Shown here piece after piece: positions 29,801 through 39,454 of a DNA stretch of 64,000 bases. Numbering within the stretch: position 1 is the first letter of the stretch; the number at the start of each line of letters is the position of its first letter. The position numbers and the translations under genes are program-made. This stretch comes from an uncultured Pseudomonadota bacterium (GTDB taxonomy: Bacteria; Oederibacteriota; Muellerivitia; Muellerivitales; Muellerivitaceae): contig CAVYRH010000004.1 in the NCBI GenBank assembly GCA_963770835.1, positions 448,001 through 512,000 on the forward strand, in the 5' to 3' direction. The notes beneath the pieces were generated by a model. The model was not told where the DNA came from. It ran no database searches and saw nothing but the letters and a program-made list of their open reading frames with translations.

Positions 29801-30621
29801 AGGTCATCAACAAGGGGACCTCGGCGGTGACCTTGTCCGATATCACCATCAAGTTCTGGGCAGACGACACGACCGGTACGGCCATGGTCGGAGCCGTCAA
29901 TTACGGCGGCTGTTTCGGCCAAACCTGCACGGCCGTGACCGGAACGGCTATCAACACGTTGAATTTCTCACCCGCTTGCGGGCCCAGCAACACCCAGCAA
30001 GCCAATTGGGAAATCACCCTCTCCAACACCGATACGGCCACCCTGGGGGCGGGAATCACATGGGCCAACCTCCAGACGGCGGTCCATCTCTCGAGTTTTG
30101 CCAACTTCTCACCTGGGACCGGCTTCTGGTATAGCCCCTGTAACGTGGGGAGCGGCTCGACCTACACCAACAACCTCAATTACGCGTTGTACGTGAGGGG
30201 CGACCTGGTGACGGCCTCGGGCGGCGTGCCGCCTTCCTGCCGGCCCCTGCCTACCTGCACGCCTTCCGGCGCGGTAGTCCGATCCCTCGACCTTGCCCTT
30301 CACGGGGAAACCCCCACGCCTTCGGCGGTCGCGAAACGCGGAACGGGATTATCGGTGGTGGCGGCGCCCAATATCTCACGGGACGGCCAACCTATCCGGT
30401 TCCAGGTCACCTTGGGACAATTCTCACCCCTTGAGTTGGATCTTTTCAGCTTGACCGGAGAAAAGGTTTTTGAGGCCCAGGCCCAGGGGGAAGCCGGGTC
30501 CAACACCATCACTTGGGAATTGACGAACAGCTTGGGAGAGAACATGGCCAGCGGTCTTTACATCTATATCGTGCGGGCCGGCGATTCGATCCAGACCGGG
30601 AAAGTCGTCGTGATTCATTAA
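26896..30621 (+). CDS. Secreted S53 (sedolisin/kumamolisin) peptidase with prodomain, two CBM3-like domains, Thr/Pro linker and FlgD-Ig/T9SS-like CTD
   Basis: 'ETVLD', 'SGDDG', 'GGTSCAAP', 'GYDLVTGWGSP'; 'FEVIN.G...LSD..IK.W' domains; C-terminal 'ASGLYIY...KVVVIH'. Confidence 0.88.
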   Translation: MKYSIRILGFIVSLSLLAPSISPAQSAGRQQLHGHVPDLVLKKAPLLGHVPSSKVFHLSFGLPLRNTQELQVLVQQLYDPKSPQYRHWLSVEDFTSRFGPSASDYQAVQEFAKAHNLTVDRTFANRMVVSVSGAAGDVENALNVQLNRYQRPDGTEFFSPDREPSLDLAAALSHVGGLDNAHPPRPAGLHRAAANKTKPVAATGSAPDGNYWGNDFRNAYCPGVTLTGAGQVNAIMSFDTYYPSDIPAYISQAGIAANAAAVTNLFFDGLSPSATPVVEETVLDIEDTLAVAPGLAQLRMYMAPDTVSGDDLLNAIVSDNLAKVTSASWIFGVDTTESQDLTEMEAQGQSFFIASGDDGAWSPTCNNGLACSEDLMNEQPNLTVVGGTELTDNGTGGSWAGEVAWPGSAGGISPDLPIPSYQAGVNMGTNGGSTTNRNIPDVALVATNVEIVFNGSQDPVGGTSCAAPLWNGFTALVNQQAALQGNPPVGFVNPALYQIGEGSHYGFDLHDIQSGNNPGINNATGNNAVPGYDLVTGWGSPAGQFLIDDLARVAFPTPTMTPTPTPTPPCTTQISLQLLEFTSCSSSTPSETFEVINNGAAVINLSDVVIKYWADDTTGQALVGSVNYGGCYGFDCASAMTGVVVTATNFSPACGPDPTNQANWEMAISNTSTGQLGQGQTWGNLQIQTHLSNYGALSPGTADWYSPCNVGGGTTYTDDIHYALYYQGNLVTTSGGAPPSCRPYCTPGTLTPGLTPSPTNTPTRSMTPTATSSPTLTVTRTPTASATASRTPTASFTTTETPSLTATASPAHTATFTPTGVLGTATSTPTGTRTSTATATPSLTVTASPTATVSTTATFTPTRPAGTATSTPTRTASSTATASPTGTRATTATPSNTPSGTASSTPTRTVTLTATATITPTTTPSPTSTPAVTATPTATGGTACGTSSLDLQLEEFGACGSNQNQETFEVINKGTSAVTLSDITIKFWADDTTGTAMVGAVNYGGCFGQTCTAVTGTAINTLNFSPACGPSNTQQANWEITLSNTDTATLGAGITWANLQTAVHLSSFANFSPGTGFWYSPCNVGSGSTYTNNLNYALYVRGDLVTASGGVPPSCRPLPTCTPSGAVVRSLDLALHGETPTPSAVAKRGTGLSVVAAPNISRDGQPIRFQVTLGQFSPLELDLFSLTGEKVFEAQAQGEAGSNTITWELTNSLGENMASGLYIYIVRAGDSIQTGKVVVIH
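29701..30333 (+). repeat. About 630-bp near-identical intragenic repeat, copy 1 (CBM3-like domain)
   Basis: Matches 34464-35096 (offset 4763); identical antisense ORFs at 29901 and 34664. Confidence 0.9.
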
Positions 30622-30683
30622 GGGCTGACGAAGAGGTTAACAAAGCCGTATCCAGTCATTTCATTTGCGACTAAGGAGGGTTT

Positions 30684-33600
30684 ATGTTCCGCAAGAAAAC
30701 TTTTCCGTGGGTTACGTTCCTTTTCGTTTCGATCATCATTTATGGCCTAGGCCTTTTCCCTTCCGCGGCCCAAAACGCTCCGGCCGGGATGAAGGTATTA
30801 CGCGGCCACGTGCCGGAAGCTGTGACGACGGCACCAATGGTGGGAAGCCTTCCCGCCGCTCAATCCTTAAGGCTTGCCATCGGCCTTCCCCTTCGCGACC
30901 CCCAAGGACTCCAGGATTTCCTCAAGCAGGCCTATGACCCCCATAGCCCCCTCTACCGGCGCTTCCTCACGCCCGATGAGTTCACCGCCCGCTTCGCGCC
31001 AACCCAGGCCGATTACCAGGCCGTGCTGGATTTCGCCAAGGCCCACAACCTGAGGGTTGCTCAAACCCATTCCAACCGACTGCTTGTGGACGTGGTCGGC
31101 GCGGTTTCGGACATCCAGGGGGCTTTTCAGGTGAACCTCCATAACTATCAAAGGCCGGACGGCAGCCTCTTTCATGCCCCCGACAGTGAACCCTCGGTCG
31201 ATTCGTCCCTTCCCATTGCCCACATCGCCGGGTTGGAAAATTTCCGCCGGGCCCGCAACCACGCGGTGCCCGTTTCCAAGGGGGCCAGGGCCAACGTCGG
31301 CACGGGCCAGGGCGGCCTTTACCAGGGACAGGACCTACGGGACGCCTATTGCAACGGTGTATCCCCCTCCCTCAACGGATCCGGCCAATCCGTGGGGCTT
31401 TTCGAGTTCGACGGCTATTTCCCCTCTGACATCACCCAATACCAAAGCACCTCCACGCCCCCCTTTACCGCCCCCACCCCCACCAAGGTGCTGGTAGGCG
31501 GCTTCAACGGGATTCCGGTCAACGCCAACGGCAACCTGGAAGTGACGCTGGATATCGACATGGTGAACGCCCTGGCCCCGGGGGCCAACGTGGTGGTTTA
31601 CGAGGGCGACCCCAATGGGGATTCGGAAGTGGTGGCCGACGACCTCTTCGAAGCCATGGCCACGCCCCCCCTCTGCAACCAGATTTCCTGTTCCTGGTTC
31701 GAGTTCGGCGACGGAACGGCCGCGAACCTGCTGGCCCAGTTCGCCGCCCAGGGCCAGTCCTTCTTCCTGGCATCGGGTGATTCCGGGGCATTCGGCACGG
31801 GCGACATCTTCTCGGCCGTGCCCCCTCCCGGCTTCATCAGCCCCTTCATCACCGACGTGGGCGGCACCCTTTTGACCACCACCTCGCCCACCGGAACCCC
31901 CACCCCGCCCGCCATCGCCTATACCTCGGAAACGACTTGGAACACGGACTTCGGTGCCAGTGGCGGCGGTGTCTGCACGAACCAGCTTCAGATTCCTCCC
32001 TACCAGAACTCCGTCGTCATGGCGCCCTTCCCATCGGGCAACAGCGGCTCCTCCGCCTGGCGCAACGTGCCGGATGTTTCCATGGTGGCCGATTTCCTTT
32101 TCATCATTTCGGGTGATTTCCCCAACGGCAGCGCGGCCTTTGAGGGCCGTGTCGCCGGCACCAGCGCCGCTGCTCCCCTTTGGGCCGCCTTCACGGCCCT
32201 GGCCAACCAGCAGGGCGCCTCCAATGGACTGCCGCCCATCGGCTTCGCCAACAACGCGGTTTACTCCATCGGCCAAAGCACCCGCTACGCCTCCGATTTC
32301 CACGACATCAACGACAACAGCAACAACAGCGATAACAACCAGGACCCGGTTTCCTTCCACGCGGTCACGGGCTACGACCTGGCCACCGGCTGGGGCTCGC
32401 CCAACGGGCAAAACCTGATCAACGACCTGGCCGGTACGGCGTTCCGCGTCACCCCCTCGCCCACTCCCGTCGGAAGCAGCTGCGGCACTACCAGCTCGGC
32501 CCAGTTGAAGCTTGAGGAATTCACCTCCCTCAACGGCAACCAGGCCTCGGAAACCTTTGAAGTCATCAATACCGGCACCACCCCCGTCAACCTGTCGGAC
32601 ATTTCCATAAAGTTTTGGGTGGACGACACCACGGGCTTTTCTGTGTTGGGCGCCGTCAATTTCGGCGGCGGTTTCGGTCCCACCAACCAATCCGTGAACG
32701 GTGTGGCCATTACGCCTTCCGCCTTCGCGCCCGCCTGCGGTCCCGATGGAACCCACCAGGCTAACTGGGAACTGACCGTCACCAACAATGACACCCGCAC
32801 CCTGGCTGCGGGACAGACCTGGGTTAACGCCCAGACCGCCCTTCACTTGGCGGACTTCACGGCTTTCTCCAGCACCGCCGACTGGTACAGCCCCGCTTCG
32901 GTGGGCGCCGGTGCCTTCATCAATGACCCCCATTTCGAGGTCTATTTCCAGGGAAGCCCGGTGGCGGCCTCGGGCGGCTCCGCGCCTTCCTGCCGGGCCA
33001 CCTGCACGCCCACCTTCACCCTTACCGACACCCATACGCCGACGCCGACCGCCACCGTTACTCCCACCCCGACGGCCACCATTTGCGCCTGCAACATCAG
33101 CCAGTCCGTGGGCGGCCTCAACAGTATCGGCGAGGTCGAGGCCGTGGATCAGGCGAACGGGGTGCTTTATGTCTCCAATTCGGGAACCAGCCAGGTGCTG
33201 GAGTTCAACCTGAACGGCGGCACCAACATCACCCCGGCTTCGGGCTCCGTGACCGGCCTCTTCGCCCCGAATGGGCTGGCCTTCGCAGGAGGGTTCCTCT
33301 ACGTGGGCGAGGGTGGCCAGTGGGAAAAGATCAATCCCGCCACCAATACCCACATCAATACCATAGCCGTTCCCGCGAACATCGTTCCTTCGCTTTCGGT
33401 GGCGTCAAACGGGGATGTTTACGTGGCCGAATCAGGTTCCACAACCTCCAATGCCGTGGCGGTCTACCAGCCCAGCGGAAGCGGCTATGCGCTGGCTACT
33501 GCTAATCTGAACACCGTTCACGGCTTTGGGTCGGTCCTGGTGTCGGGGAACACGTTGTATGTCGGAAGCGTGGAGACCACTGTCAACGGCGGCTTCGAAC

Positions 33601-35396
33601 AAATCGTCCAATACACTAAATTATCCGAGTCCACGGGGAGTCTTATCTTCTCCAACCCCACCACGGTAGCAGGCCCCCCCTTGTTGAACGGCGGTGTGGC
33701 TCCGGCCCAAATGGCGATTGACGCCGGCGGAACCCACTTGTTCGTCGGGAATGGCATTGGGGCAAGCTTGAGCGTCTTGAACATCGGCCCCTACACCCTC
33801 GACCACCAGTGCTCCAACCTGGGATGGCCCTTTGGAGTGGCCTTTGACGCTTCGGGGAACGTCTACGTCGGTGATGAACTCCACGGGCAGGTCGACCGGC
33901 TGGTGAACTGCGGCACGGTCGGCCTCACGGCCACTCCCACTTCAACCCCGGCGGTGACTTCCACGGCGACGGCTACTCTTTCGAGAACGCCCACTTCGAG
34001 CCCCACGCCGACCCCGACATCCTCCCCCTCTTCCACGGCGACCGCGACCCTGACCCGAACCGCCACGTCCACTGTTTCTTCGACCCCGACACCGACCCCA
34101 GCCGTGACCTCAATGGCCACGTCCACTCCCACGAGGACCTCTACGGCTTCCCCCTCGGCCACACCGACCTTGAGCCCCACTTCGACGGCCACGCCGCGGG
34201 TGACCTCGACGGCCACGTCCACGCTTACTCGGACGTCAACGCCGGTGGCCACTTCCACCGCCACCTCGACGCCTACCCGAACACCTACCTCTAGCGCCAC
34301 GGTTTCGCCTACGGCCAGTTTCACCTCCACCCGCACGCCGTCCCCAGCCGTGACGTCGACGGCTACTTTCACGCCCACGAGGACGATCACCTCCACGGCC
34401 ACGTCCACGATAACGCGGACCGCCACACCCAGCTTCACCCCTGCGGTCACGGCCACCCCAACGCCCACCGCCACGGGCGGGATCGCCTGCGGCACCAGTT
34501 CCCTGGACCTCCAATTGGAGGAGTTCGGGACCTGCGGCTCCAACCAGAACCAGGAGACTTTCGAGGTCATCAACAAGGGGACCTCCGCGGTGACCTTGTC
34601 CGATATCACCATCAAGTTCTGGGCGGACGACACGACCGGTACGGCCATGGTCGGAGCCGTCAATTACGGCGGCTGTTTCGGCCAAACCTGCACGGCCGTG
34701 ACCGGAACGGCTATCAACACGTTGAATTTCTCACCCGCTTGCGGGCCCAGCAACACCCAGCAAGCCAATTGGGAAATCACCCTCTCCAACACCGATACGG
34801 CCACCCTGGGGGCGGGAATCACATGGGCCAACCTCCAGACGGCGGTCCATCTCTCGAGTTTTGCCAACTTCTCACCTGGGACCGGCTTCTGGTATAGCCC
34901 CTGTAACGTGGGGAGCGGCTCGACCTACACCAACAACCTCAATTACGCGTTGTACGTGAGGGGCGACCTGGTGACGGCCTCGGGCGGCGTGCCGCCTTCC
35001 TGCCGGCCCCTGCCTACCTGCACGCCTTCCGGCGCGGTAGTCCGATCCCTCGACCTTGCCCTTCACGGGGAAACCCCCACGCCTTCGGCGGTCGCGGAAC
35101 ACGGAACGGTATTGTCGGTCGTGGCGGTCCCGAATGTTTCCACGAACAGCCAGCCCATCGGGTTCAGGGTGACGCTGGGCCAGGCGGCCCTGGCGAAGGT
35201 TTCGCTTTTCTCGGTGGCGGGTGAAACGGTCTATCAGGCGCAAAGCCAGGGGAACGCGGGCCTGAACGTGATCCCGTGGGATTTGGTGAACCGTGCGGGT
35301 TCCAGTGTGGCGAGCGGGCTTTATATTTACGTGGTCGAGATCGACGGCCCCGCCGGGGCCACGTTCCATACCGGCAAGGTGGTGGTACTGCGATAG
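30684..35396 (+). CDS. Secreted S53 peptidase paralog with CBM3-like domains, NHL-like propeller, Thr/Pro linker and FlgD-Ig/T9SS-like CTD
   Basis: 'EVTLD', 'SGDSG', 'AGTSAAAP', '[11 protein letters not shown]', '[15 protein letters not shown]', C-terminal 'ASGLYIY...KVVVLR'. Confidence 0.88.
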   Translation: MFRKKTFPWVTFLFVSIIIYGLGLFPSAAQNAPAGMKVLRGHVPEAVTTAPMVGSLPAAQSLRLAIGLPLRDPQGLQDFLKQAYDPHSPLYRRFLTPDEFTARFAPTQADYQAVLDFAKAHNLRVAQTHSNRLLVDVVGAVSDIQGAFQVNLHNYQRPDGSLFHAPDSEPSVDSSLPIAHIAGLENFRRARNHAVPVSKGARANVGTGQGGLYQGQDLRDAYCNGVSPSLNGSGQSVGLFEFDGYFPSDITQYQSTSTPPFTAPTPTKVLVGGFNGIPVNANGNLEVTLDIDMVNALAPGANVVVYEGDPNGDSEVVADDLFEAMATPPLCNQISCSWFEFGDGTAANLLAQFAAQGQSFFLASGDSGAFGTGDIFSAVPPPGFISPFITDVGGTLLTTTSPTGTPTPPAIAYTSETTWNTDFGASGGGVCTNQLQIPPYQNSVVMAPFPSGNSGSSAWRNVPDVSMVADFLFIISGDFPNGSAAFEGRVAGTSAAAPLWAAFTALANQQGASNGLPPIGFANNAVYSIGQSTRYASDFHDINDNSNNSDNNQDPVSFHAVTGYDLATGWGSPNGQNLINDLAGTAFRVTPSPTPVGSSCGTTSSAQLKLEEFTSLNGNQASETFEVINTGTTPVNLSDISIKFWVDDTTGFSVLGAVNFGGGFGPTNQSVNGVAITPSAFAPACGPDGTHQANWELTVTNNDTRTLAAGQTWVNAQTALHLADFTAFSSTADWYSPASVGAGAFINDPHFEVYFQGSPVAASGGSAPSCRATCTPTFTLTDTHTPTPTATVTPTPTATICACNISQSVGGLNSIGEVEAVDQANGVLYVSNSGTSQVLEFNLNGGTNITPASGSVTGLFAPNGLAFAGGFLYVGEGGQWEKINPATNTHINTIAVPANIVPSLSVASNGDVYVAESGSTTSNAVAVYQPSGSGYALATANLNTVHGFGSVLVSGNTLYVGSVETTVNGGFEQIVQYTKLSESTGSLIFSNPTTVAGPPLLNGGVAPAQMAIDAGGTHLFVGNGIGASLSVLNIGPYTLDHQCSNLGWPFGVAFDASGNVYVGDELHGQVDRLVNCGTVGLTATPTSTPAVTSTATATLSRTPTSSPTPTPTSSPSSTATATLTRTATSTVSSTPTPTPAVTSMATSTPTRTSTASPSATPTLSPTSTATPRVTSTATSTLTRTSTPVATSTATSTPTRTPTSSATVSPTASFTSTRTPSPAVTSTATFTPTRTITSTATSTITRTATPSFTPAVTATPTPTATGGIACGTSSLDLQLEEFGTCGSNQNQETFEVINKGTSAVTLSDITIKFWADDTTGTAMVGAVNYGGCFGQTCTAVTGTAINTLNFSPACGPSNTQQANWEITLSNTDTATLGAGITWANLQTAVHLSSFANFSPGTGFWYSPCNVGSGSTYTNNLNYALYVRGDLVTASGGVPPSCRPLPTCTPSGAVVRSLDLALHGETPTPSAVAEHGTVLSVVAVPNVSTNSQPIGFRVTLGQAALAKVSLFSVAGETVYQAQSQGNAGLNVIPWDLVNRAGSSVASGLYIYVVEIDGPAGATFHTGKVVVLR
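34464..35096 (+). repeat. About 630-bp near-identical intragenic repeat, copy 2
   Basis: Matches 29701-30333. Confidence 0.9.
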
Positions 35397-35425
35397 CCCC
35401 TTAGCCAGATCATCCAAGGCACGAA

Positions 35426-35453
35426 GGGCGCGGATTTTTCCGCGCCCTTTTTT
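35426..35453 (+). terminator. Rho-independent terminator
   Basis: GGGCGCGGA-TTTT-TCCGCGCCC-TTTTTT. Confidence 0.75.
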
Positions 35454-35500
35454 ATTGTAAAATCAGCCCATGACAATCCCCCGGGGTTACCAACTTACCG
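35452..35500 (+). repeat. 49-bp direct repeat, copy 2 (promoter and first codons of the GNAT gene)
   Basis: Matches 24343-24391. Confidence 0.9.
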
Positions 35501-35919
35501 ACGAACTGGAACAGATGGACTTCGCGAAGGTCCAGGGCTGGCTCGCGGGCACCTATTGGGTCCCGGGTATTTCCCGGGAGGAGACCGAACGGGGGGCGAG
35601 GAACTCCGCTTTGGTGGTAGGGGCTTTCGACCCCCAAGGGGCCCAGGTGGGTTTCCTCAGGGTCATCTCGGATAAGACCCGCTTCGCTTATTTTATTGAC
35701 GTGTTCGTGGACCCGGCCCACCGGAAAAAGGGGCTGGCCAAGGCCATGGTCCAATACGTTTTCGACCATCCGGATTTCAAGACCGTGAAACAATGGGCCC
35801 TGCGGACCCGGGACGCCCAGGAAGTTTACCGGCCCTTAGGGTTCGAGCCACTGGAATATCCTGAGCGTTGGATGGCTCGTATCCTTCCGTGGCAAGTACC
35901 TCCAAAACCAAAGAATTAA
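35470..35919 (+). CDS. GNAT family N-acetyltransferase
   Basis: 'QVGFLRVISD..RFAYFIDVFVDPAHRKKGLAK...TRDAQEVYRPLGF'. Confidence 0.9.
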   Translation: MTIPRGYQLTDELEQMDFAKVQGWLAGTYWVPGISREETERGARNSALVVGAFDPQGAQVGFLRVISDKTRFAYFIDVFVDPAHRKKGLAKAMVQYVFDHPDFKTVKQWALRTRDAQEVYRPLGFEPLEYPERWMARILPWQVPPKPKN

Positions 35920-36005
35920 AGCTTGGGCGTCCCCGCTATTGGTTTTTCAAAATGAAGCGTCCAAAATGGGAACCATCGTTGAGGAGGAAAAGGAGGTAAC
36001 TTCAG

Positions 36006-36359
36006 ATGAAATTAACGGTCTTTCTTCTAGTGTTGGGATTTTTAGGGAATGCTTATGGCGATCCAACGCCCGTCACGCCTACCGTCACCAAAACACCCGA
36101 TCAGCGCATCCTTGTTTATCACACCGCTGAAATTTACCACGGAGAGGTTCAAAATCCGGCTAAAGCCCAGGTGGAACCGTTCGTCATCAGCCAAATAAGA
36201 GTCTGGGCCGAAGACAACCAAATCGAACTGCGGGAAGACCCCACGGGGAACGACGTGGGCTTTACCTTATTCTATGGGCATCGTTCCAAAGACCTTCCGG
36301 GAGACTTATCCTTGCCCGATCTAAAAGAGGAATGCGAAAAATTCTTTCAAATAAAATGA
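36006..36359 (+). CDS. Secreted hypothetical protein
   Basis: Strong AAGGAGG RBS, signal peptide, TP-rich start. Confidence 0.6.
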   Translation: MKLTVFLLVLGFLGNAYGDPTPVTPTVTKTPDQRILVYHTAEIYHGEVQNPAKAQVEPFVISQIRVWAEDNQIELREDPTGNDVGFTLFYGHRSKDLPGDLSLPDLKEECEKFFQIK

Positions 36360-36407
36360 ATTCTTCGATCAAAATGGGCGGGCTATCCAAAACCAAAGGA
36401 TTAAAAC

Positions 36408-36863
36408 TTGCCCCACCTCCATGAAAAGATCGACTTCACGGTTTCCATCTTCATTGTGAAGGACCGCAAGGTCCTATTCATCTTTCACAAACAGCTGAAC
36501 CGCTGGCTGCCCATCGGGGGGCATATCGAGCTGGACGAGAACCCCGAACAAGCGGCGCTCCGGGAAGCCAAGGAAGAAAGCGGCTTGGATGTGGAGCTGG
36601 TGGGGGATATGCCGCCTTTAAAAGCGGAGGTGGGTTTTGTCCCCCTTCTTTGCCCCGCTTATATGGATATTCATCTCATCAAGGAACCCCATTGGCATAT
36701 CGGGATGGTTTATTTCGCCCGGGTGAAGTCCGGCGAAGTCACCTTGAACGCCCAGGAACACACGGACATCCGGTGGATGACTGAAGAGGATCTGGACGAT
36801 CCGAACTGGGAGTTGTACGCCAACCTGAAGTTTTACGCGCGAGAAGCCTTAAAAAAGTTGTGA
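36408..36863 (+). CDS. NUDIX hydrolase
   Basis: 'GGHIELDENPEQAALREAKEESGL' Nudix box. Confidence 0.9.
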   Translation: MPHLHEKIDFTVSIFIVKDRKVLFIFHKQLNRWLPIGGHIELDENPEQAALREAKEESGLDVELVGDMPPLKAEVGFVPLLCPAYMDIHLIKEPHWHIGMVYFARVKSGEVTLNAQEHTDIRWMTEEDLDDPNWELYANLKFYAREALKKL

Positions 36864-37038
36864 GTTCTTAGTGTTGAGTTTTGTCCCACATCTTTTTTTG
36901 AAAAGAACAGATGGTGTGTGGGACTATACCGATCTCTTTAGAATTTTTATTGAAAGATCGGCATGAGTTGATGAAAGTTTTCAATCTTCGATTGAAAACC
37001 ACCTTCATTTAAAATTAAGAATTCAAAACTAAAAATTC
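36856..37038. repeat. Inverted heptamer-array element (AGTTTTG-type ... AACTCAA-type) with internal hairpins
   Basis: Left AGTTGTG AGTTCTT AGTGTTG AGTTTTG; right ATTTAAA ATTAAGA ATTCAAA ACTAAAA. Confidence 0.65.
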
Positions 37039-37042
37039 CGCC

Positions 37043-37564
37043 TTATTTTGGCGGTCTGATCTGGCTGATGCGCATGCCCAATTGCTTGGCCGCGTCGAAG
37101 ATGCGGTCGTCCCGGTAGAATTCCCCATAGTAGATATTCTTGATGCCTGCGTTGGCCACGATCTTGAAGCAGTTCCAGCAGGGGGAAGCCGTGATATAAA
37201 TCTCGGCCCCATCCACCCTCACGCCGTTCTTGGCGGCCTGGATGATGGCGTTGGCCTCGGCGTGGATGGTGGCCACGCAATGGCCGTCCTCCATCATGTG
37301 GCCCGCGTCGTCGCAATGGGGCAGGCCCCGCACGCTACCGTTGTAGCCGGTGGAAAGGATGGTCTTGTCGCGCACGATGACCGCGCCCACGTGTTTGCGG
37401 TCGCAAGTGGAGCGGGTGGCCACCTCGGTGGCGATGTTCATGAAATACTCGTGCCAGTCCACCCGGCGTCGCGGGGAAGCGGATTTTTTCGGGGCGGCGG
37501 GCGTTTTATGCATTTGCAGGCGGTCCATATGGCCCTGCTTGAATTTAATTTTCATTCGGCTCAT
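37043..37564 (-). CDS. dCMP deaminase (ComEB-like)
   Basis: 'RSTC.RKHVGAVIV', 'TGYNG', 'HAEANA', 'SPCWNC'. Confidence 0.92.
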   Translation of the reverse strand: MSRMKIKFKQGHMDRLQMHKTPAAPKKSASPRRRVDWHEYFMNIATEVATRSTCDRKHVGAVIVRDKTILSTGYNGSVRGLPHCDDAGHMMEDGHCVATIHAEANAIIQAAKNGVRVDGAEIYITASPCWNCFKIVANAGIKNIYYGEFYRDDRIFDAAKQLGMRISQIRPPK

Positions 37565-37578
37565 AGGTTCCTCATTGC

Positions 37579-37666
37579 AATTTTTAACTCTAAATTTTGA
37601 ATTGTGGTGATTTCCGCGGAGCGGAAATTTCAATTATTTAAAATTAAAAACTTAAAATTCACAACT
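37579..37666. repeat. Inverted heptamer-array element with central hairpin
   Basis: ATTTTTA ACTCTAA ATTTTGA ATTGTGG ... ATTTCCGC-GGA-GCGGAAAT ... ATTTAAA ATTAAAA ACTTAAA ATTCACA. Confidence 0.65.
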
Positions 37667-37680
37667 CCGCCGCTTGAAAA

Positions 37681-38607
37681 TCATTCTTTCGGATCAATGG
37701 CATAGATTTTCAAGCGGCGGCTAGGGTGCCAGTGTTCCTTCGACTCCGCGAGGTGGGGGAGGCCTTCGGCGTCCCCGGCGTTGACCAGGGTGAAGGATTC
37801 CAGCTGGCGGCAGGCATTGGCGAATATATAAGCGGACAACCCTTTGACCGTCAAGTCCGTAACCTCCAGGTAGACCCCGTAGGTATCGGGGCTTAAGGGG
37901 GCGCCCACCAGATAGGCCGCCAGGCGGTTTTCCAAAACCACCACCCAGGCGTCCAGGCCCCAGTCCCCACCCTGCGCCAGGGCGCGGAAATGGGCCTTTT
38001 GGGAGGAAAGGATCATCCGTTCGCCCATCTGCCCTTTCAGGGCCGGAAGCCTTTGACCCTTCCAAAGCTCGTAAAGCTCGCCGCAGGCCTTGAGGTCCGC
38101 GGCGCGATAAGGGCGCAGGACCAATGAATGTTCCTTTACCAAATGGTTGATCTCGGCCCGCTTGGCCCGGTAAGGGTCGCCATGGAGACCTGCGATCTGG
38201 GCCCGGTTATAGAGATATTCGATGAGGGTGGGCCGGGTGGGGAAGCCCCAGGCTTCGGCTTGGCTTTGCTGGCTTTCGGTGAGGCCCTCGACACGGGAAA
38301 CCCCCGGCCCGGGGCCGTTGACTTCCCTCATATAGGTGAAGGCGGTCCGGAGGTTTTCAGCGCTGAAAGGCTGGGGCGGAAGGGGGAGGTAAATATAACG
38401 GCCGTAAAACGCCACGATAAAGGAGGCGCTCCCCTTGGAGGCTAGGGCGCAGGCAAACTCGTCCTGCCACATAAGGAGCGAGGGGATGGAAGCGGAGAGC
38501 CCCGGCGCCGGCCCCCACAGGGCGGCCGCCCGATCCCAACTGGAATCAAGGGGCTCCACCGAGTCGAAAAAATCCGCGGGGGGAAGCTGGATCAACGGCA
38601 ACGACAA
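37681..38607 (-). CDS. DUF2156 / aminoacyl-PG synthase C-terminal-like (GNAT-fold) protein
   Basis: 'EYLY...LHGDPYRAKRAEINH', 'VNAGDAEGLPHLAESKEHWHP'. Confidence 0.75.
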   Translation of the reverse strand: MSLPLIQLPPADFFDSVEPLDSSWDRAAALWGPAPGLSASIPSLLMWQDEFACALASKGSASFIVAFYGRYIYLPLPPQPFSAENLRTAFTYMREVNGPGPGVSRVEGLTESQQSQAEAWGFPTRPTLIEYLYNRAQIAGLHGDPYRAKRAEINHLVKEHSLVLRPYRAADLKACGELYELWKGQRLPALKGQMGERMILSSQKAHFRALAQGGDWGLDAWVVVLENRLAAYLVGAPLSPDTYGVYLEVTDLTVKGLSAYIFANACRQLESFTLVNAGDAEGLPHLAESKEHWHPSRRLKIYAIDPKE

Positions 38608-38615
38608 AACCTTGG

Positions 38616-38688
38616 AGCCGCAGATTGGCGCTGATGAACGCAGATTTTTGAATCTTTAATCAGCGAAAATTTGCGCATATCTGCGGCT
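38616..38688. repeat. Inverted decamer-array element (CGCAGAT ... ATCTGCG)
   Basis: AGCCGCAGAT TGGCGCTGAT GAACGCAGAT ... ATCAGCG AAAATTTGCG CATATCTGCG GCT. Confidence 0.75.
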
Positions 38689-38695
38689 GCCTTTG

Positions 38696-39451
38696 TTATT
38701 GGCCGGTTAATACCCGAGCGATTTCACGCCGCAAACCGTAGCTCAGCCGGTGGGCCCGGGAGGGCGGCCGGTAGTTGAGCAGGTATTGCGGCAAATTGGC
38801 TAGGTCCACCACGCCGTGCTCATGGCTGACCACGGCCGAGGCGTCGCCCTGGGGGTGGGAAAAAACCACGACGCCCTGGATCCAAATCTGGGAGCATTCC
38901 TGCGCCCAGCGTTCGCCCAGGTTGGCCTCCAAATGGCTCCTCAAGTGGTAGATCTGGGTGGCCACCTGCTTCAAGGGGTTATAAAAGCCCCGCTTGTAAC
39001 GGGAGCGGGTCTTGCGGGCCCGCTTGTGGAGGGTCCATTCGCGGTCCAAGACCTCGCCCGCGATGCGGCCACGCAAGTACTTGGTCTCGATGACGAAGAG
39101 GACGTTGTGGGTGATCAACAAGTGGTCGATCTCCCGGGGCTTTTCGCCCGCGAAAAACTGCACCGAGTGAAGCACCCGGGCGTTCTCCATCGTCATGTTG
39201 TCCAGGGCCCTGGCGGTCAGGGCCTCGCCCTCGGAGCCCTCGCCCACGATGCGTCCCCGGTGGCGGAAAACCGTGAAAGCCCAGTATCCAAACCCCAGGA
39301 TGATCGGCGCCAAGACAAACCGCAAAGCCCAGTGCTCGAAACGAAAGGCGATGCCCAAGGCCACCGCCACCAAAACTATCGTAATCCACTTCCAACGCGT
39401 CACCCACCGCATCGCGCGCGGGGGCTGCAACTTCTGCAAAGTTGCGACCAT
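38696..39451 (-). CDS. NERD (nuclease-related) domain membrane protein
   Basis: Two N-terminal TMs, 'GSEGE', 'EIDHLLI...FVIETK', 'NPLKQV'. Confidence 0.85.
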   Translation of the reverse strand: MVATLQKLQPPRAMRWVTRWKWITIVLVAVALGIAFRFEHWALRFVLAPIILGFGYWAFTVFRHRGRIVGEGSEGEALTARALDNMTMENARVLHSVQFFAGEKPREIDHLLITHNVLFVIETKYLRGRIAGEVLDREWTLHKRARKTRSRYKRGFYNPLKQVATQIYHLRSHLEANLGERWAQECSQIWIQGVVVFSHPQGDASAVVSHEHGVVDLANLPQYLLNYRPPSRAHRLSYGLRREIARVLTGQ

Positions 39452-39454
39452 TTC

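Noticed and set aside
31335..33353. Long antisense ORFs (672 aa here; also 52294-53466 and Val/Gly-rich ORFs opposite Thr/Pro linkers)
   Set aside because: Shadows of GC-rich or low-complexity coding sequence on the opposite strand, with no recognisable motifs
29701..35096. DGR template/variable repeat pair (given the Avd-like four-helix protein)
   Set aside because: Both copies are coding, mismatches are few and not adenine-specific, and no reverse transcriptase is in the window
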